DNA of 64,000 nucleotides from contig OX597825.1 in assembly GCA_951406725.2 (NCBI GenBank), positions 16,368,001 to 16,432,000 on the forward strand. Reading direction: 5' to 3'. Every line of letters begins with the position of its first letter. Position 1 is the stretch's first letter. Origin of the DNA: Octopus vulgaris (lineage: Eukaryota). A program made the position numbers and the translations under genes. The notes below the pieces were generated by a model. The model searched no databases, had not been told where the DNA came from, and saw only the letters and a program-made list of their open reading frames with translations. Shown here piece by piece: positions 28,807 to 42,151 of this stretch.

Positions 28807-29794
28807 CAATAAATCTGTTGAAATGCTATGAGTAACGAGACCAGCCCCGTCTGTAAGAGTTTATTCTCAACATGCAACTGAAGACTGGAGGGCATTTACC
28901 GTAGAGTGCTGCGAGCAAACGACTTTATGAGAGAAAGCAGCAGACATATTGAATGGATGTTCGATGAGTAAATAGCCAAAACTGGATGCTTTGCTTCACT
29001 AATTTTTTGTTAGATACCAAACACGTTCGCCATTGCCTTGTAAACTCTCTACTACAACAAAGTGCAAACTGAAAAAATTCCAAGGTATGCGATCCGAGAT
29101 TTCTACTGAAAAAGGTCATAATATACAACTTATGAAGCTGTGTGGGAAGTGAAGGGAAAGAATCAATACCTGTCCCAAGCTATAGAGTGATTGATATTCA
29201 TTAATAATCAATATTCCCGCCCTTTCACGATTTGCGATGAGAAATATTTATGAACGAGCGATTAAACCCATTCGCATTGGGATGTATTTGAAAAACAGGG
29301 GTTTTACTGTTTATTGGTTTCTCAGCAGTATTAAAGATGCGAAGTAAGTGAAGTCGAATGTTTGCACTCTTTTACTGGTTCCATACTGGGACATTAATTC
29401 CAATCGAGAATCGGAAATTATTTGCGAAACTTATTGAATTGGCTGAAAGCTTCCGTGCTTCACTGTGGTTCTCGCCACAGCAAAGTCTGACAGATGCAAT
29501 GAAAATCTAAGCTGGCACATTTACCTTGGTGATAGTTTATATACAGAAGGGCTCAAAGTTTGTAATACATCCATTCTGTGTCTCAGCTATTCGTGAAAAT
29601 TCTTACAAATCACTCCATCTTAATTGCAAATGAGCTACAGTGAACTGGTATATGATTTGACTATTTTCACCAGCCCCACTGTTGTAGTATGTAGAAGAAG
29701 ATTTATACCCGATTAAACAAATAACTAGAATATTAATTGTAAATCCTGTATACACAATTGAAGCAGTATTTAATTAAAATAGCTATGTGTGTGT

Positions 29795-30125
29795 CATACT
29801 TAATTTATACATCTTGTTAATAGGCCAGTTACTGCAGTATTTCTCCCGAAATAACATCTCTTATGGACTCTCCGTGTTAAAAACACAATGAATATGGGAG
29901 GGAGAGAGAGAGAGAAAGAGAGAGGGAGAGAGAGAGAGAAAGAAAGAAAAATTCGTCGCAGCAAAAGGCCGAAAGGCATCTGGTGCTCTAGCTGGCCGCT
30001 GCTGGGACAAACTTTCGTCTCATCCTTTAATATTTATTGTTTTTAATACAGCAAATCAACAAGGGATGTTATCTCAAGAGAAATACAGCAGTAACTGGCC
30101 TATGGACAATGTATATCCATTAAGT
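29795..30125. repeat. Inverted repeat, ~65-bp arms
   Basis: ATAGGCCAGTTACTGCAGTATTTCTC vs GAGAAATACAGCAGTAACTGGCCTAT. Confidence 0.75.
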
Positions 30126-30374
30126 GTGAAAAATAGGGGACAATTACTTGTAATCGATGTCGTTGATAGACGCGAAATTTGATCACAAAGTCGAAAAAAG
30201 GAAAATGAAGTTCTTTCTTTAATCAGATATTTACATTAGGTCAAATCCTTCCAGTCTGAAAGAAAATCAAGGCGCTATTACCCTTCATGCTATAGTTCTG
30301 AGTTTGTTTTAAGATTACAGCAAAGTCACACTTTCAAAGAAATAATCAATATTTAGATTTCGTATCTGGTTTGC

Positions 30375-30593
30375 ATGATTCTTTATGTGGATTCGTGTGT
30401 TGAAACAAATTTTGTTGTGTCTGGGGAGAGTGATATTGCCTTAATATATTTAACACTCACCGGTTGAATATCCACTCATTTATTATCTTTTTTTGTCTGT
30501 TCCAAAAAGCTTTTTCGTTGCTTTTGTAACCTTATCAATGGATAACGACCCTGTCCGTAAGCTATGTTCCTTTTATCTGTTTGAGATTTTGTT

Positions 30594-30595
<2 letters not shown>
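30375..30595 (-). mobile_element. Penelope-LTR-like remnant with degenerate hammerhead
   Basis: Shares TCGTGTGTTGAAACA with the Penelope end at ~44841; hammerhead-like motif at 30502-30541. Confidence 0.55.
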
Positions 30596-30633
<38 letters not shown>

Positions 30634-31670
30634 CGATGTGCGTGTCTGACTCACTTGCAAGGGAGCTATTTTAGCTGATTAGAACTAATAATTTGAACTA
30701 CTCAGTCACTTCATCTGCAAGGAAAAATCAGTCAAATCAGCCTTAAATAGCATTCTACTATTTTTAAAAAGTCGTACATTAGATAATGGTGTACTGTGTA
30801 ATTTGTCGTAAAAATTGACAGAATCGATACAGAATGTCTTTGATCATAGGTATGCTAGATCATGGATGACCAAAGAATAAACAGTATCAACAAACTGATG
30901 GCTTGACAGTTCTGAGTTCTGAGACAGTTCTGATGGCTTGACAGTTCTTAGCTATTAATTTCAGCTTCATGACACGAAACTGGTGAATCAAATGCTCTCT
31001 GGATAGAAGGAATTTGTGTTGCAGTAACAAGTTTAGAAGAATCTTGTGTGTGTTTCTCAGAGCCGGGTGCGACGAGGTAAAGTTAATTGATTGTTGACGT
31101 CAGATAACAATCGTCTTTTTTAAAGGTTTTTTTTTGCCCTCTCTACTTAGCATTCAATCATCGTATGTTTGAAAAGAGGTAAAATTTATTCAAATTTCAG
31201 AAACGATAAAAAAATAATTGCAAAGAATAACAGAGCTATACCAAAACAACCTAAAAAACAAGGACAAAAAAAAAACAAACGAAACCAAACATATTTTTTC
31301 GTGTTAATTCAACTTGGAAGGATTTAGAAAACAAGAAAAAAGAAGTAAAACCGAAAGAATTTATTTGACAATTCGATATAATATTATAGATACAAGGCTT
31401 AACAATTTTAGTGGGGGACCAGTCCGTTACATCGGCCCCGGTGCTCAATTGGTACTTGTGTCATCGAACCCGAGAGGATGAAAGGTAAAGTCTATCGCGG
31501 ATGATGTTTGAACTCAGAACATAAAGTCGGACGAAATGCCGCTAAGCAATTTGTCCGGCCTGCTAACGATCCTGTCAGTTCTCCAACTTATAATCCAAGA
31601 CAATAATAATGTTTACTGTTGAAATCATGAATCTGGTGTTATTAATCTACTACTACTGCTGCTGCTGCTG

Positions 31671-31710
<40 letters not shown>

Positions 31711-31812
31711 TACTACTGTTAACTTATGTTAGACCAAAATGAAAGGATGAAAAGCAAAGTGGACCTCGGCGGAATCTGAACTCAGAATGTGAAGACGGAC
31801 GAAATCCCACTA

Positions 31813-32228
31813 GGCGTAGGAGTGGCTGTATGGTAAGTAGCTTGCTTACCAACCACATGGTTCTGGGTTCAGTCCCACTGTGTGGCACCTTGGTCAAGTG
31901 TGATCTACTATAGCCTCGGGCCGACCAAAGTCTTGTGAGTGGATTTGGTAGACGGAAACTGAAAGAAGCCCGTCGTATATATGTCTATATATGTATGCGT
32001 GTGTATATGTTTTTGTGTGTCAGTGTTTGTCCCCCCAACATCGCTTGACAACCGATGCTGGTGTGTTTACGTCCCCGTAACTTAGCGGTTCGGCAAAAAA
32101 GAGACCGATAGAATAAGTACTGGGCTTACAAAGAATAAGTCCTGGGGTCGATTTGGTCGACTAAAGACGGTACTCCAGCATGGCCACAGTCAAATGACTA
32201 AAACAAGTAAAAGACTAAAAAGTGAGTA
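31813..32228 (+). mobile_element. SINE group A, full length
   Basis: Complete head-to-tail match; nested within group B remnants (31392-31812, ~32360-32412). Confidence 0.92.
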
Positions 32229-33956
32229 CTTGACTGGTTTATTTTGTCGATCCCCTAAGGAATGATAAAGTTGATTTCGAAGCATGTGAGGGTGGCCCTC
32301 TTCCATTCTGAGGGAGTGCTCCTGTCTAGAGTCGAGGATAGTTGAGAAAAGTCTTTGGAGGCCTATGTAAGCATTTCTTCCGGTGTGCTAACGATTCTGC
32401 CAGCTCGCCGCATTGTATCTAATAATTCTGCCAATCCATTGCCTTCTCAGAAATTTCCCCGTTACACAGCCTTGAGGTAAGAATAAGCGATTATTTACTT
32501 AAATTGCGGTACTGAGTTCAAACTTCTTCATAAACAAAATCCCACAATAGACAGACGTTCCAACCCAAATGGTACAGAAAAGGTTTCTGAATTACTAACA
32601 ATTATTAAAACAACGAAGCAAAAACAAAAACCAAAACAAAAGGAAAAGAGGATAGAATTATGATAAGCTCCAGCAAACTGCAATATTTTCCAGTAATGGC
32701 GTCGGCAAAAAAGAAAGAGAGGGAAAAAGATTGGTAGCGGTTGGTGATGGGTGTTTGTAGTGGCGATGGTTGTTTGGTAGAAGGAGGGGTGGGGGCAAAA
32801 TATAAAATAATATAATAAGACTAAACGACCAGTAATTAACGAAATGATTGCATGATCACAACAAACCGTTCGACCACTCCGGCTGAAAAGCTAAATAGCA
32901 TCAGTGATTTGTATCTCTCTTATACATTATAGAACACAAGGGTAATTTCATCGTCTATTGGTTAATACTTTGTTCATTATGTAGTAGTATTGAGTCCAGT
33001 GCACAACAACGAGAATGATGAACCCGACGACGACGACGACGACTGCTACTACGACTACTACGACTGCTACTACGACTACTACTTCTCTATCTAACAGCAT
33101 CAACAAGAAAAACAACAATGGCCACGAAGACAAAACGAATAATTACAAATGAGGCGTTGCTAAACAAATGTATCGATCTTTTGTTGTTGTTAGTTATGAT
33201 CATTTTTTTTTATAATTGTTTAGCATTTCTTTTTTGTTTTTGTACCACGAGAGACTTTTTTTTTCCCCCTCTCGAACTTAGGAGCGAACACGTATGCTAT
33301 TTATTTTGTTAAAGTCATCTAACCGGATGTCTGCTTACACCCCATTGTGGTTGATTGATTACAAACATAAGAATCTTCTACCTTTTCTCTCCTTTCATTT
33401 CAACTATGTAAATTACTAACCGGACGTTAGTAATATTATAACTGATGTGTATTCTGAGTTCAAATACAACCAGGGCCCGTTGTGGCTTTCATCTCTGCGA
33501 AATCAATAAAATAAATATCGCTAGTAAATTCAGGATGAACAGATCGATTGTACACACACTTCCAATATACAAAAAAATCTGGTTCTTGTAACAACAAATC
33601 AAACAAACAAACGTCTACGGGTCGCTCGACCTGTTAGAAATGGCAACTTTCAATAATAACAAGAAATGTTTTCGCACAATTAGATAAAACTAAAAACTCC
33701 ATCTAAATTAACCAGCAAACTTACTACGGACTTTTCTCAAATCACATCACCGACACTTAAAAAAAAATACTTTATACGACACCAACGCTAAAGCTAAAAG
33801 ACTACAAACCATGTTTTTACAGACGATAGAGAAGAGTCTGTAGCTCTATGATGCTCTGTATTTCAAAGTATCACAGAATCACTGTGGCTATAAAACTTTC
33901 CCACCAGACTTATTAACCTCACAAAAAACTGATAGAATCATCAGAAAATATAATCT

Positions 33957-34373
33957 TATTTCCTTATTGCCCACATGGAGATAAACATAGAGAGGACAAA
34001 CAAGGACAGACAAAGGGAGAAAGTCGATTATATCGACCCCAGTGCGTAACTGGTACTTAATTTATCGACCCCCGAAAGGATGAAAAGCAAACTCGACCTC
34101 GGCGGAATTTGAACTCAGGACGTAGCGGCAGACGAAATACCTATTTCTTTACTACCCACAAGGAGCTAAACACAGATAGGACAAACAAGGACAGACAAAC
34201 GGATTAAGTCGATTATATCGACCTCAGTGCGTAACTGGTACTTAATTTATCGATCCCGAAAGGATGAAAGGCAAAGACGACCTCGGTGGAATTTGACCCG
34301 AGAACGTAACGGCAGACGAAATACCGCTCAGCGTTTCGCTAGGCGTGCTAAAGTTTCTGCCAGCTCGCCGCCT
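33957..34373 (-). mobile_element. SINE group B dimer
   Basis: Two units with the standard junction. Confidence 0.92.
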
Positions 34374-34939
34374 TTTCAGAATATCATATCAACCGACACT
34401 TAAAAAAACAAACAAACTTTGTACGACACCTACGCTAAAGCTAAAATACTACAAACCATGTTTTTACAGACGATAGAGAAGAGTCTGTAGCTCTATGAAG
34501 CTCTCTATTGCAAAGTATCACAGAATCACTGTTGCTATAAAACTTTCCCACCAGACTTATTAACCTCACAAAAAGCTGATAGAATCATCAGAAAATATAA
34601 TCTTGACAGCACAATCCCCTAAATTATCATCAGCTTCCTACTTTTCATGTTAGAATGACACTAATTTTCTGTCACCTTAAAGTAAAGACACATTGGACAA
34701 CGATGTTGTCCTAGATACATAAAAAAGTCGAAATACTGATAGTTGAAGCGCTATTGATCATGAATCTACGTGATCAGAGACGATCAGGTCCAGACAACTG
34801 CGACTATTTCAACTGGTTCTTGCAATCATTAACCAACAAGGAAATTACTTCATGGTTGCTCGATCTGTAAGAAATAGAAGGCATATCTCCCTCATATCTC
34901 AACTTAAACTAATTCAGTTCATTATTAGTTAGTGGAGCA

Positions 34940-35550
34940 AGGCGGCGAGCTGGCAGAAACGTTAGCACACCGGGGGAAATGCTCAGCGGAATTTCGTCTG
35001 CCGTCACGTTCTGAGTTCAAATTCCGCCGAGGTCGACTTTGCCTTTCATCCTTTCGGGGTCGATTAAATAAGTACCAGTTACGCACTGAGGTCGATATAA
35101 TCGACTTAATCCGTTTGTCTGTCCTTGTTTGTCCCCTCTATGTTTAGCCCCTTGTGGGCAATAAAGAAATAGGTATTTCGTCTGACTTCACCTTCTAAGT
35201 TCAAATGCCGCCGGTGTGGACTTTCGGGGTCAGTGAAATAAGTACCAGTTGCGTACTGGGGTCGATGTCATCAACTATCCCCCTCCTTCAAATTTCAGGC
35301 TTTGAGCCTATAGTAGAAAGGATTGTTAGTTAACGGAGTAAGGCAGTGAGTGGGTAGAGTCATTAGTGCACCGGACAAAATGCTTAGTGGTATTTCTTCC
35401 GGCTCTTCCCGTTCTGAGTTCAAATTCTACCGAGGTTTGTCTTTGCCTTTCATCCTTTCAAGGACAATAAAATAAGTACAAGTTGAGTCTTGGGGTCAAT
35501 TTACCCTACCTCTTAAACTGCTGGTCTTATGCCAAAATTTGAAACCATCA
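34940..35550 (+). mobile_element. SINE group B array (young to old)
   Basis: Young unit, older-tail unit, then a second older copy. Confidence 0.9.
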
Positions 35551-35605
35551 TTAGTAAATGGAGTTTTTGCTATAATTCAAATACAGTATTGTATATATGT
35601 ACAGT

Positions 35606-35657
<52 letters not shown>

Positions 35658-35944
35658 ATATGTATATTTGGAGGGCAAGCCACTATGTGGTCGGCCGTAT
35701 GCTAGAAGTGGATCACCTACGATCAAACTACAAAGAAAAGAATATTCTCTAGAGGAAAATTCAGCGGACACCAGAACGAAAATGCGGGCAAGACAGACGA
35801 AAATTAAATAAAAATCAGAATTACTCACAGACCGGTGGTTTCGCCTATTTATCTCCGTCAATATTCAATTTATCATCTCCCTCATTATATATATATATAT
35901 ATTGTATATATGTACATATTGTACATATGTAATACGTACAATGA

Positions 35945-36178
35945 AGGTGGCGAGCTGGCAGAAACGTTAGTACGCCGGGCGAAATGCTTAGCGGTATTTC
36001 GTCTGCCGCTACGTTCTGAGTTCAAATTCCGCCGAGGTCGATTTTGCCTTTCATCCTTTCGGGGTCTATAAATTAAGTACCAGTTATGCACTGGGGTCGA
36101 TATAATCGGTTTAATCCGTTTGTCTGTCCTTGTTTGTCCCCTCTATGTTTAGCCCCTTGTGGGCAGTAAAAGAAACAA
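35945..36178 (+). mobile_element. SINE group B monomer with 15-bp TSD
   Basis: AATACGTACAATGAA on both sides. Confidence 0.93.
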
Positions 36179-36374
36179 ATACGTACAATGAACAGCACTT
36201 CATTCAACTGATATTATCCACACGTTACTAAATGCCGCACTTAAAAGTATCACAAAATCAATTATTTTATTGTTTTCTCCCACTAGACTTGCTAACTTCA
36301 AGAAAACTGTGACATCAGTACAAGAAACAATGTAGAAAGGAACTATTAGGAAGCTCATTGAATATCATGTCTGC

Positions 36375-36572
36375 TAAGTTCACCGTTATCAATTCACCAC
36401 AGGGGAAAGTTCACCAGGGTTTGTGTTATATGACGTCTGATAAGTTCACTGTCATCAATTCATCGTTTCGTTTCTCAATAAAATAGTTTTTAACTATTAA
36501 TGGTGAGACACTATGGATATATTTTCTCGGTAAACTTTCCTCACGGTGAATTGATGGCAGTGAACTTACCTA
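36375..36572. mobile_element. Small MITE-like inverted repeat
   Basis: AAGTTCACCGTTATCAATTCACC..GGAAAGTT vs AACTTTCC..GGTGAATTGATGGCAGTGAACTT. Confidence 0.6.
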
Positions 36573-36955
36573 TAACCGTTGGATATATTCTACCTGAAAT
36601 TCAAGCGCAGCATCTTGTCAAACTCTGTATTGCTCTGAATCTGCTTGAGGAGTATGCTAAAATACACAAATCAAGAGCGTTGTAGGTTAAAATATCGGAT
36701 GGGCATAAGTCCGCTAGGGACGTTAACTTTTACATTTAATAAGCATTTTTTAATTATTTAAATGAAAGAAAAAAAATTCCCCTTGGAAAAGGAATGAGTT
36801 ATTCGATTTTCATTCCCCGGCCAGCTTTTTTGCAATGAGTGGATGACAACAAAATCATAGCGGTGGTGTGACACCCTGGAGGCTAAAATGATTACATAAA
36901 ACATCAAAACATCACGACCGTATGGCAATTCTCATGACCAAAATATAAACAACAT

Positions 36956-37355
36956 AGGCGCAGAAGTGGCTGTGTGGTAAGTAGCTTGTTAACCAACCAC
37001 ATGGTTCCGGGTTCAGTCGCACTGCGTGGCATCTTGGGTAGGTGTCTTCTGCTATTGCCCCGGGCCGACCAATGCCTTGTGAGTGGATTTGGTAGACGGA
37101 AACTGAAAGAAGCCTGTCGTATATATGTATATATATATATGTATGTGTGTGTGTTTGTGTGTCTGTGTTTGTTCCCCTAGCATTGCTTGACAACCGTCAC
37201 TTAGCGGTTCGGCAAAAAGAGACCGACAGAATACGTACTGGGCTTACAAAAAGAATAAGTCCCGGGGTCGAGTTGCTCGACTAAAAAAAGGCAGTGCTCC
37301 AGCATGGCCACAGTCAAATGACTGAAACAAGTAAAAGAGTAAAATAGTAAAAGAG
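36956..37355 (+). mobile_element. SINE group A
   Basis: Homologous to 31813-32228. Confidence 0.92.
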
Positions 37356-38151
37356 GAAACTATACAGTGGGTCTGAAAGAAAATAAAGCTGAGACACGGC
37401 AGCTCCGTAACGTAGTTTATTTATGATAAATGTATGGTTTCATAGTTTTATTCCTATTTGCTGTCACTGTATTGTGTTTACATGCACAAAATCACATGAT
37501 TTCCCCGACAAAACCACTTAAAAAAATCTTCCATGATGAAGCATGCTAAATCTGTTTTCCATAAAATGCATTTGTGAAATAGGAGTGTGTCTTATGAGAG
37601 AATACATTTTATACGTTGACAAATACGTTAATTACATTTGGTGACTGACAACCTGCATAGAATGTCGCCAAGGGCTGAAAGCTTTCATGTTCGCTATTAT
37701 TATTATTATACTCTTCGTCCCGTGTTCAAATTCGGCCGGGGTCGACTTTGCTTTTCATCCTTTCTGGATGGTTAAAATAAGTACCTGTTGTGTACTGGGT
37801 TCGTGTTAATCGACTGGCCTCCCCGCCTCCTCCCTCGAACTCTGTGGCCTTGTGCTAAAATTTGAAATCATTACTTCTTATATTCTTTAAAATTTTTCTG
37901 CGTTAAAAGAGGATTAGATGCTACATATGTGACAGCTTGGTCGCCTACTTTGGATTCCGGCTTAGGATGAAGCTACCAGTCAGTGTGACATTTTAATATC
38001 CTTGATAACACACAACCACACAAATGTACATACACATACACGCCTACACACAAGCACACGCATGTCGCTCACGCACGCACACATGCACATATATTAAGTA
38101 TATTTTTATGGGTATTTTTATGTTCATTTTTTTTATTTTGCGGTATGTATG

Positions 38152-38197
<46 letters not shown>

Positions 38198-38343
38198 TAT
38201 ACATATATGTATATCTGTATATATATGTATATATATGTATATATATGTATATATATGTATATATCTATATATGTATGTATATATATATATATGTATACAT
38301 ATATATATATATATATATATATGAATATGTATATATATGTATG

Positions 38344-38409
<66 letters not shown>

Positions 38410-38799
38410 GCGCGCGTGTGTGTGTGTATGCAACAAGTGCACAACCACAAATATATAATATATAATATTCATAAATATCTTTGAAACTTCGTTCTTTCAG
38501 TCATTTCCTCTGTCTGTTTGTCCCTGTCTCTTTCTCTTTCCTCCTTTCTTTCGCCCTCTCTTTCTCTTCATATAATTAGCCACACCTACCCACCCATTCT
38601 CTCTCTCTCATACACACAGACACACAGACACAATCACATACACTCGAATATATGTATGTAAAATATTTGTCTGGTCAATCTCTTTGAGTATGTTCATCGA
38701 TAATATAAACATAACCATCATCAGCAGACACACACATACACAAGTCTATAATAAGTGTATGCATTTATATATATGTATTCGAGTTGCCCACATATGTGT

Positions 38800-39210
38800 A
38801 TATGTGTATTTTTGTGTAGTAGTCTGTAGTTGTGTATTTGTGTGTGTATTTGTGTATTTGTGTTTGTGTGTTTGTGTGTGGAAGTGTATATTTGTCTATT
38901 TGTGTGTGGCAGTATGTATTTGCGTATTTGTGTGTAGTAGTGCGTATTTGTGTATTTGTGTGTGTATTTGTGTATTTGTGTATTTGTGTGTAGTAGTCTG
39001 TAGTTGTATATTTGTGTGTGTATTTGTGTATTTGTGAATTTGTGTGTGGCAGTGTGTATTTGTATGCAGCAGCGTGTATCTGTGTATTTGTGTATGGTAA
39101 TGTGTATTTGTCTATTTGTGTGTGGCAGTATGGATTTGTCCATTTGTGTGTGGATGTGTGTATTTGTGTGTTTGTATGTGGCAGTGTGTATTTGTATTTG
39201 TGTGTAAAAA
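38800..39210. repeat. TGTGTATT-based minisatellite
   Basis: Degenerate 8-mer repeats with higher-order units. Confidence 0.85.
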
Positions 39211-39778
39211 TGCGTAGTTTTGTGGATTTTTGAGTTTGTGCATGCATTCAAATATGGCTGCGTATTTTTCCATGCCAAAACGGAAAGTTATTTTTTTTCT
39301 TCTTTTTCTTCAAATCTTGCTTATTAATCTGACTAGCAAAGCTATTGATCCCGATACAGTCTGCTCTGCTTTTTTCCCACTGCCTTCACATTGATAAGAC
39401 AAAGTCTTAATCGAATTTCATTGCAGTTGTTGTTATTATTACTGTTTAGTTTTTGACACAACACCAACAGAATGAGTCATAATTTGTTTCTGGAGAATAT
39501 CTATCTGCTCTCTTTCGGCACCCGACATCCTCCCTCCATACTACCACCGACTGCCACCACAACTACCAGCATTACTGATACCACTACCCACTTGAAACAC
39601 CACCACCAACAACTCCGTCACCTTATCCTAACGCTAACATTGCTACCATTTTCAGTAATTCGTGTATAGGTCATGGTTAACCACAACAAAATATTATTGG
39701 CTAGATTTGCGCATTCATAAACATACAAAACATTGATTTATTATATACACGAATATACATACATGCATAAATGCATAA

Positions 39779-39821
<43 letters not shown>

Positions 39822-40060
39822 CATGTGTTTATTATTTACATATATGTACATATAAAGCTATCATTATCTATAGCTATCTAACTATATATGCTGTTTATTT
39901 ATCCATACACATATACAGGCATATATATATATATATACATACATATACATACATGTACATCCTCTCCAAATCTTCTAACATACATATACATATATAGATA
40001 TGTATCTCTCTCTCTAAATATATATATCTGTATATGTCTATATATACAGATATGTATATA

Positions 40061-40107
<47 letters not shown>

Positions 40108-40651
40108 GTTTATATGCATGTGTGTATTGGTAAATAAACTGCAACTGCCAACTCAATAGTTTTATCTGTATCCCGGACACTTTAGCTCCAAACCGCCTCG
40201 TTCAGTAACCCTAAGCATAACTCTTAGAGGAAGAGGCAGGCGTTATCAGCCCCTCCACATACTCACACCCAAACCACACAGGCATAAATCCATATACTTA
40301 CCCTGTAACCGCATGACTCACCAATATCAGCCAGATACTAGGTCAATTCAATAAGGATTGTTTACTATAACACAAGGGAATATATTCCTAAAGTGGTAGA
40401 GTTGGAGATGATGATGGTGGTGTTGGGGGCTGCAAGCCATCTTTATCGACATGGTAAGGGGAGAAATGCAAATGGAACGTTCGAATTACGAGTGGATTGA
40501 CATGAAAAAGTAGAAGAGTGAATTCTGAATAAACAATTAGTTTTATGATTTACTGTTTGTGATTCGTTCGAGTCAAGTCTTAAAACAATTTAATATATAA
40601 AAAGGCAAAGTGGATTATTTGGTTAATCCACAGATCAATATAATTTTGCGG

Positions 40652-41132
40652 TTGTTGTTGCTGTTGAGTGAACGGTCTTCGTCCCATAGCTTGCAAGATG
40701 GGAGAAGTCCTAAACGTGGTCCTTTGCTATTCGTAAGACCTGCAGAAGAGAAAGCAGGTCAACCCCCGACATCGAGAGCATCGACGGATGGATGAATGCG
40801 CATCCAGGCTCAACAGTTGCGTAGGAAGTCGGGGACAAGAGACAGGAAGAAAGAGTGAGAGAAAGTTGGAGCGAAAGAGTACAACAGGGGTCGCCACCAT
40901 CTCCTGCCGTTGCTCCAGTTCACTCAGCTGTAGAAATGAGTTGCGACGTCACAGGTGCCAAGCTGTATCGGCCCCTTTGCCTTTCCCTTGGATAACATTG
41001 GTGGCGTGGAGAAGGGAGGCCGGTATGCATGGGTGGCTGCTGGTCTTCCATAAACAACCTTGCCCGGACTTGTGCCTGGGAGGGTAACTTTCTAGGTGCA
41101 ATCACACGGTCAGTCATGACTGAAGAGGGTCT
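40652..41132. mobile_element. Two SINE fragments fused back-to-back
   Basis: 40652-40908 is a minus-strand group C body; 40909-41132 on plus matches 17255-17478. Confidence 0.75.
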
Positions 41133-41139
41133 CAGTATA

Positions 41140-41640
41140 TGAGATGTTTTAGGACAACCGCTTTGGCAACCACCTATTTGTTTTTTGCGTTGCTGATTCG
41201 ATGCTGACTAGTTTTACATTAGACATTTTATTGTTTCGTTCTCTCTCACTCTCTCTCTCCCTTTGACTCTTCTTGTCAGTTTGTCTGTCTCTCTGTCTGG
41301 TCATGTGTGTGGGAATATTTCTCTATGTGTACGAGGAGAAGGACAGTGTTTATGTCAATCTTGTTCAGTTAATAACTTGTAATATCTGTCACTTTCTCTC
41401 TCTCTTCCTCTCACTTTTTCTCCCAGTATGTGTTTAATACTGCGTGTGCACGCGTGTGCGTATTCTTCCGTGTGTGTGTTTTTGTCTGTGTGTGTTTTTG
41501 TCTGTGTGTGTTTTTGTCTGTGTGTGTTTTTGTCTGTGTGTGTGTTTGCTTCCATCATCAAAAATTACTGTCGCAAAAACAGGATGAATGTGCATTCAAC
41601 CGTGTCAAATCATCAGCGGCTAAACAGCTGCGCCCAATAG
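41140..41640 (+). repeat. Unclassified interspersed repeat, homologous to 47355-47700
   Basis: Shared GAGA(T/C)GTTTT.., AGACATTTTA.., GTGTTTGC(T/C)TCCA..AAAAACAG.ATGAATGT blocks. Confidence 0.6.
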
Positions 41641-41728
41641 TAGTTGTAGAAATCCTCAGCGAAGCATAGACTTCATTGCACCTAACGAAGCTTTGGCTAA
41701 CGAATCGTTTCGTTTATGCACACTATAT

Positions 41729-42151
41729 GGATCTTTTCGGTTTGAACGGCAGTTTCTAACATAATTTCTAGGTAACTAAAAAATTTTAAACTTCGTATAC
41801 TGGTAGAATGTGTTTATAAAACATTTTTCTTTTGGCCTTATTGAGAAAATTCTATAGTTTGTAAGATATTTATTTTTTTCTTCAATTTCTGCAATTTCAA
41901 CCAATCACTAACGTCCATTGAGATAAACAACATTCTGTGTCGTATGAATATGTCCCTCGTTTAAGAAACAGATTGGGTTTATTTACATTTGTGAAGAAAA
42001 AAGATAACCTTCCCCCCACCCCTAACCCTAACCCTAACCCTAACTCTAAAACAGATTGAAATACAATAGATCGATACTAGGATCATAATTATGGGTGACA
42101 ATTTCATATGACATCGCTAGAAAAAAACTGCCGTTCAAACCGAAAAGATCC
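41729..42151. mobile_element. Merlin-like MITE with internal (CCCTAA)n
   Basis: TIR GGATCTTTTCGGTTTGAACGGCAGTTT; 8-bp TSD CACTATAT. Confidence 0.85.
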
